The notes beneath the pieces are model-generated. The model had not been told where the DNA came from, did no database searches, and saw only the letters and a program-made list of their open reading frames with translations. The position numbers and the translations under genes are program-made. A stretch of DNA of 63,766 nucleotides, the filler included, from Hyphochytrium catenoides (lineage: Eukaryota > Protista > Hyphochytriomycota), in NCBI GenBank assembly GCA_900088475.1. It is 9 parts of 9 records of this genome, joined end to end, with 100 filler letters (N's around TTAATTAATTAA, not from the genome) between each part and the next. Parts side by side here need not be neighbours in the genome. Positions count along the whole stretch, not along the records: positions 60,995 to 62,301 come from FLMG01000172.1; positions 62,402 to 63,766 come from FLMG01001933.1; 7 more parts are not named here. One strand, 5' to 3'. The stretch's first letter is position 1; every line of letters starts with the position of its first letter. Shown piece after piece: positions 61,564-63,766 of this stretch.

Positions 61564-61803
61564 ATGGCCTCTCCTCTCTCTCCTTCCTCCTCTTCCCCCA
61601 GCATTGGCTGGGACACTAGTGTCGAGGACGCTGCCAAGCAGCAGCGCCGGCAGGAGAGAGACAAAGGAGAGAGAGCGGGAGAGAGAGAGAGGACTGATGG
61701 CAACTCTTTGCCTTCTGCGCGTCCCATTGACTACTCCCGCTTTGATAACATTGTGGACAGCGATGATGAGAAGGAGAACGGTACGGCCAAGGGGAAGAGA
61801 AGT

Positions 61804-61853
<50 letters not shown>

Positions 61854-62216
61854 GAGGGAGTAGAGAGAGAGAGGAGAGAGAGAGAAAGAGGAAGGATAGA
61901 GACCGGAGGCCGACAAGAGAAAGTCAAGGACGCATCGTGGTATCCTTATCTCGTGCTCCTGCTCTCTTCCTCTCGCTTTTCCGTCTCTTGCGTCTCACCG
62001 TCCTTCTTTCATGCTCTCCCCTCCTTCTGCCTCTCTCGCTGATGTCTTTCTCTCTTTGTCTCTCTTTTTCTCTCTCTTTTCTCTTCTCTTTGGCCCTCAG
62101 CGAAGGTCTCATCCCGGCCTTCAGCGCCTGTGAACTGCAAGAACTGCCAGGCGCCCGGGGCGCGACTGCTCTGCTCTGTCTGCAAGAGAGCGAAGTATTG
62201 CAATAGAGACTGTCAG
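61564..62216 (+). CDS. MYND zinc-finger protein with an N-terminal DYSRFD..DSDDE motif, 5' part
   Basis: Exons 61564-61801 and 62101-62216 join in phase 1 to give PIDYSRFDNIVDSDDE..CKNC..CSVCKRAKYCNRDCQ. Confidence 0.8.
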
Positions 62217-62901
62217 GTGGGGCATGAAGAGCCTCTCTCTCTCTCTGCTTTGTCGCGTCTTTATAATATCTCTCTCTCTCTCCCTCTCTCTCTCTCTCTC
62301 TNNNNNNNNNNNNNNNNNNNNNNNNNNNNNNNNNNNNNNNNNNNNTTAATTAATTAANNNNNNNNNNNNNNNNNNNNNNNNNNNNNNNNNNNNNNNNNNN
62401 NCCATAGATACCTATAGAAGGTTCCTATAAAGGGGACACCTGGGCTTTCAGAATCGAGCCTAAGATGTGCTGTGGGATGGGATTATAGATATCAATAGCT
62501 CTATTCGTTATATCAGCTTACGAATTCTGAATAGCTTGTTTATCTCTTGCTGGCCGAACTGTACCTCCAGTGTGGGCAGTTAACCTGTAGCATCAAAGGG
62601 AGCAAAGAATCTGTCCAGAAAGAAAGCGGCATTTGGACTTCTGACCAACCTTTGTGGAAAGTCTCAGTGATAAAAAGGAGCAAAAACGAACAAAACTGGA
62701 GCTGATTAGTAATCATTATGGTTGGGCTGACAGTAACCCTCCGAAAGTGGTTTTGATCTTTGTTCCAGTCAGGATTAATCAATTCAGGCGGAGATCAGTA
62801 ATGAGATTACCTCGGCTTTATCAAAGTATTGATTATCAAGCAGAGTTTTGGCAAGTATGCTGATGAGGATTCTGATCCGCGCCAGAGCTTCACAGTCGAG
62901 C

Positions 62902-62939
<38 letters not shown>

Positions 62940-62951
62940 AATCTCTCTCTC

Positions 62952-62995
<44 letters not shown>

Positions 62996-63766
62996 CCACA
63001 ATCATTCTTCTTAGCCACGCTCAAGGATCAAGGCTCACATCATCATCAGACTGGTGCCCTTCCAGTTCCCAGCTTTCCTGCTCTTATAATCTAGGCTCTG
63101 CCTCGTGCCGCGTCGCTCCTTCGCAAGCAGGCTATCGGTCGATGTCGGGATCGAGGGCCAACTCTCTCGTTAGCGCGATCTCAGCGTCCTAAAGCATCTC
63201 TCCCTTTATCTCTCGTCCGCCAAGCTTCCAGCTAGCCCGACCTTACCTTGCGAAACATTCTCTGTCATCGCAACCTGTCTGTCGCTGCCTCAGACGGTTC
63301 CCTCCTCTGTGGTGACTTCGTCTCGCTGACGGGACTGCGTCTCTCCTCCTTCCAAGCGTCATAGGTGAGCTCTAGCTTCGACTTAGAAGGGACAAAGACC
63401 GAGGCAAAATGGCAGAAGAAAAGCTGGAGATCCTCGAAGATGGATTTGAGGATTTGTTGGGCACTGGAGCCGTGGCCAAGAAGGTGATCTTGAGGCCTGT
63501 GCTTGAAGTTTTGGGTCTCTCTCTGTGTCTCTCTCTCTTTCTCTCTCTTCGCAACTCTCTTGGCCATCGCTTGCAGAGCTTTCTTCTCAGACATGGACTT
63601 GATCTCCCCCTATACCTCCCATTAAGCCTCCCACGCACTTCCACCTCATCTCTATCGTAAGCCCAAGGCCCCATTGTTCATGTTATCCAGGGGGCCCCAG
63701 AGTTCACCTTTGCGTTTATCACACTTCCTTTGGTCTCCCCTCATTCTCTCTCTCTCTCTCCCTCTC

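Noticed and set aside
11851-62401. Recurring TTAATTAATTAA as a biological repeat, and gene clustering across it
   Set aside because: It is always centred in N44/N44 padding, so it is a scaffold concatenation linker.
62402-63766. Minus-strand exon-like pieces (e.g. LARIRILISILAKTLLDNQYFDKAE)
   Set aside because: They could not be joined without stops and no family was recognised.

Overview
Eukaryotic nuclear DNA from an intron-rich, (GA/CT)n-microsatellite-rich protist. A stramenopile/SAR flagellate is inferred from gene content but not proven. The window is not contiguous: nine scaffolds are joined by artificial 100-bp linkers (44 N + TTAATTAATTAA + 44 N) at 11851, 14294, 45988, 54147, 56131, 58864, 60895 and 62302, so adjacency across linkers means nothing. 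Most short ORFs in the supplied track are microsatellite artefacts. Spliced genes reconstructed by eye: an XRCC4/PAXX-like protein, a Harbinger-type Myb/SANT protein, coronin-7, CFAP53, DLEC1/CFAP81 and NOP56, plus partial N-BAR, RJL GTPase, DUF924, GDA1/CD39 apyrase and MYND-finger genes. Intronless genes: a GPI-anchored GH114/TM1410-type hydrolase, a bacterial-type GNAT, a PAS-PAS hybrid histidine kinase frameshifted by a 5-bp duplication, a membrane-anchored JmjC/cupin oxygenase and a secreted Gly/Pro repeat protein. Mobile relics: a decayed Harbinger transposase tail, a Copia element lacking RT with an inverted gag duplication, and a probable Crypton. The best candidate for an undescribed system is the GNAT + decayed transposase + intact Myb/SANT module at 8187-10511, with a long hairpin upstream. 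All family calls come from recognised motifs; no searches were run.
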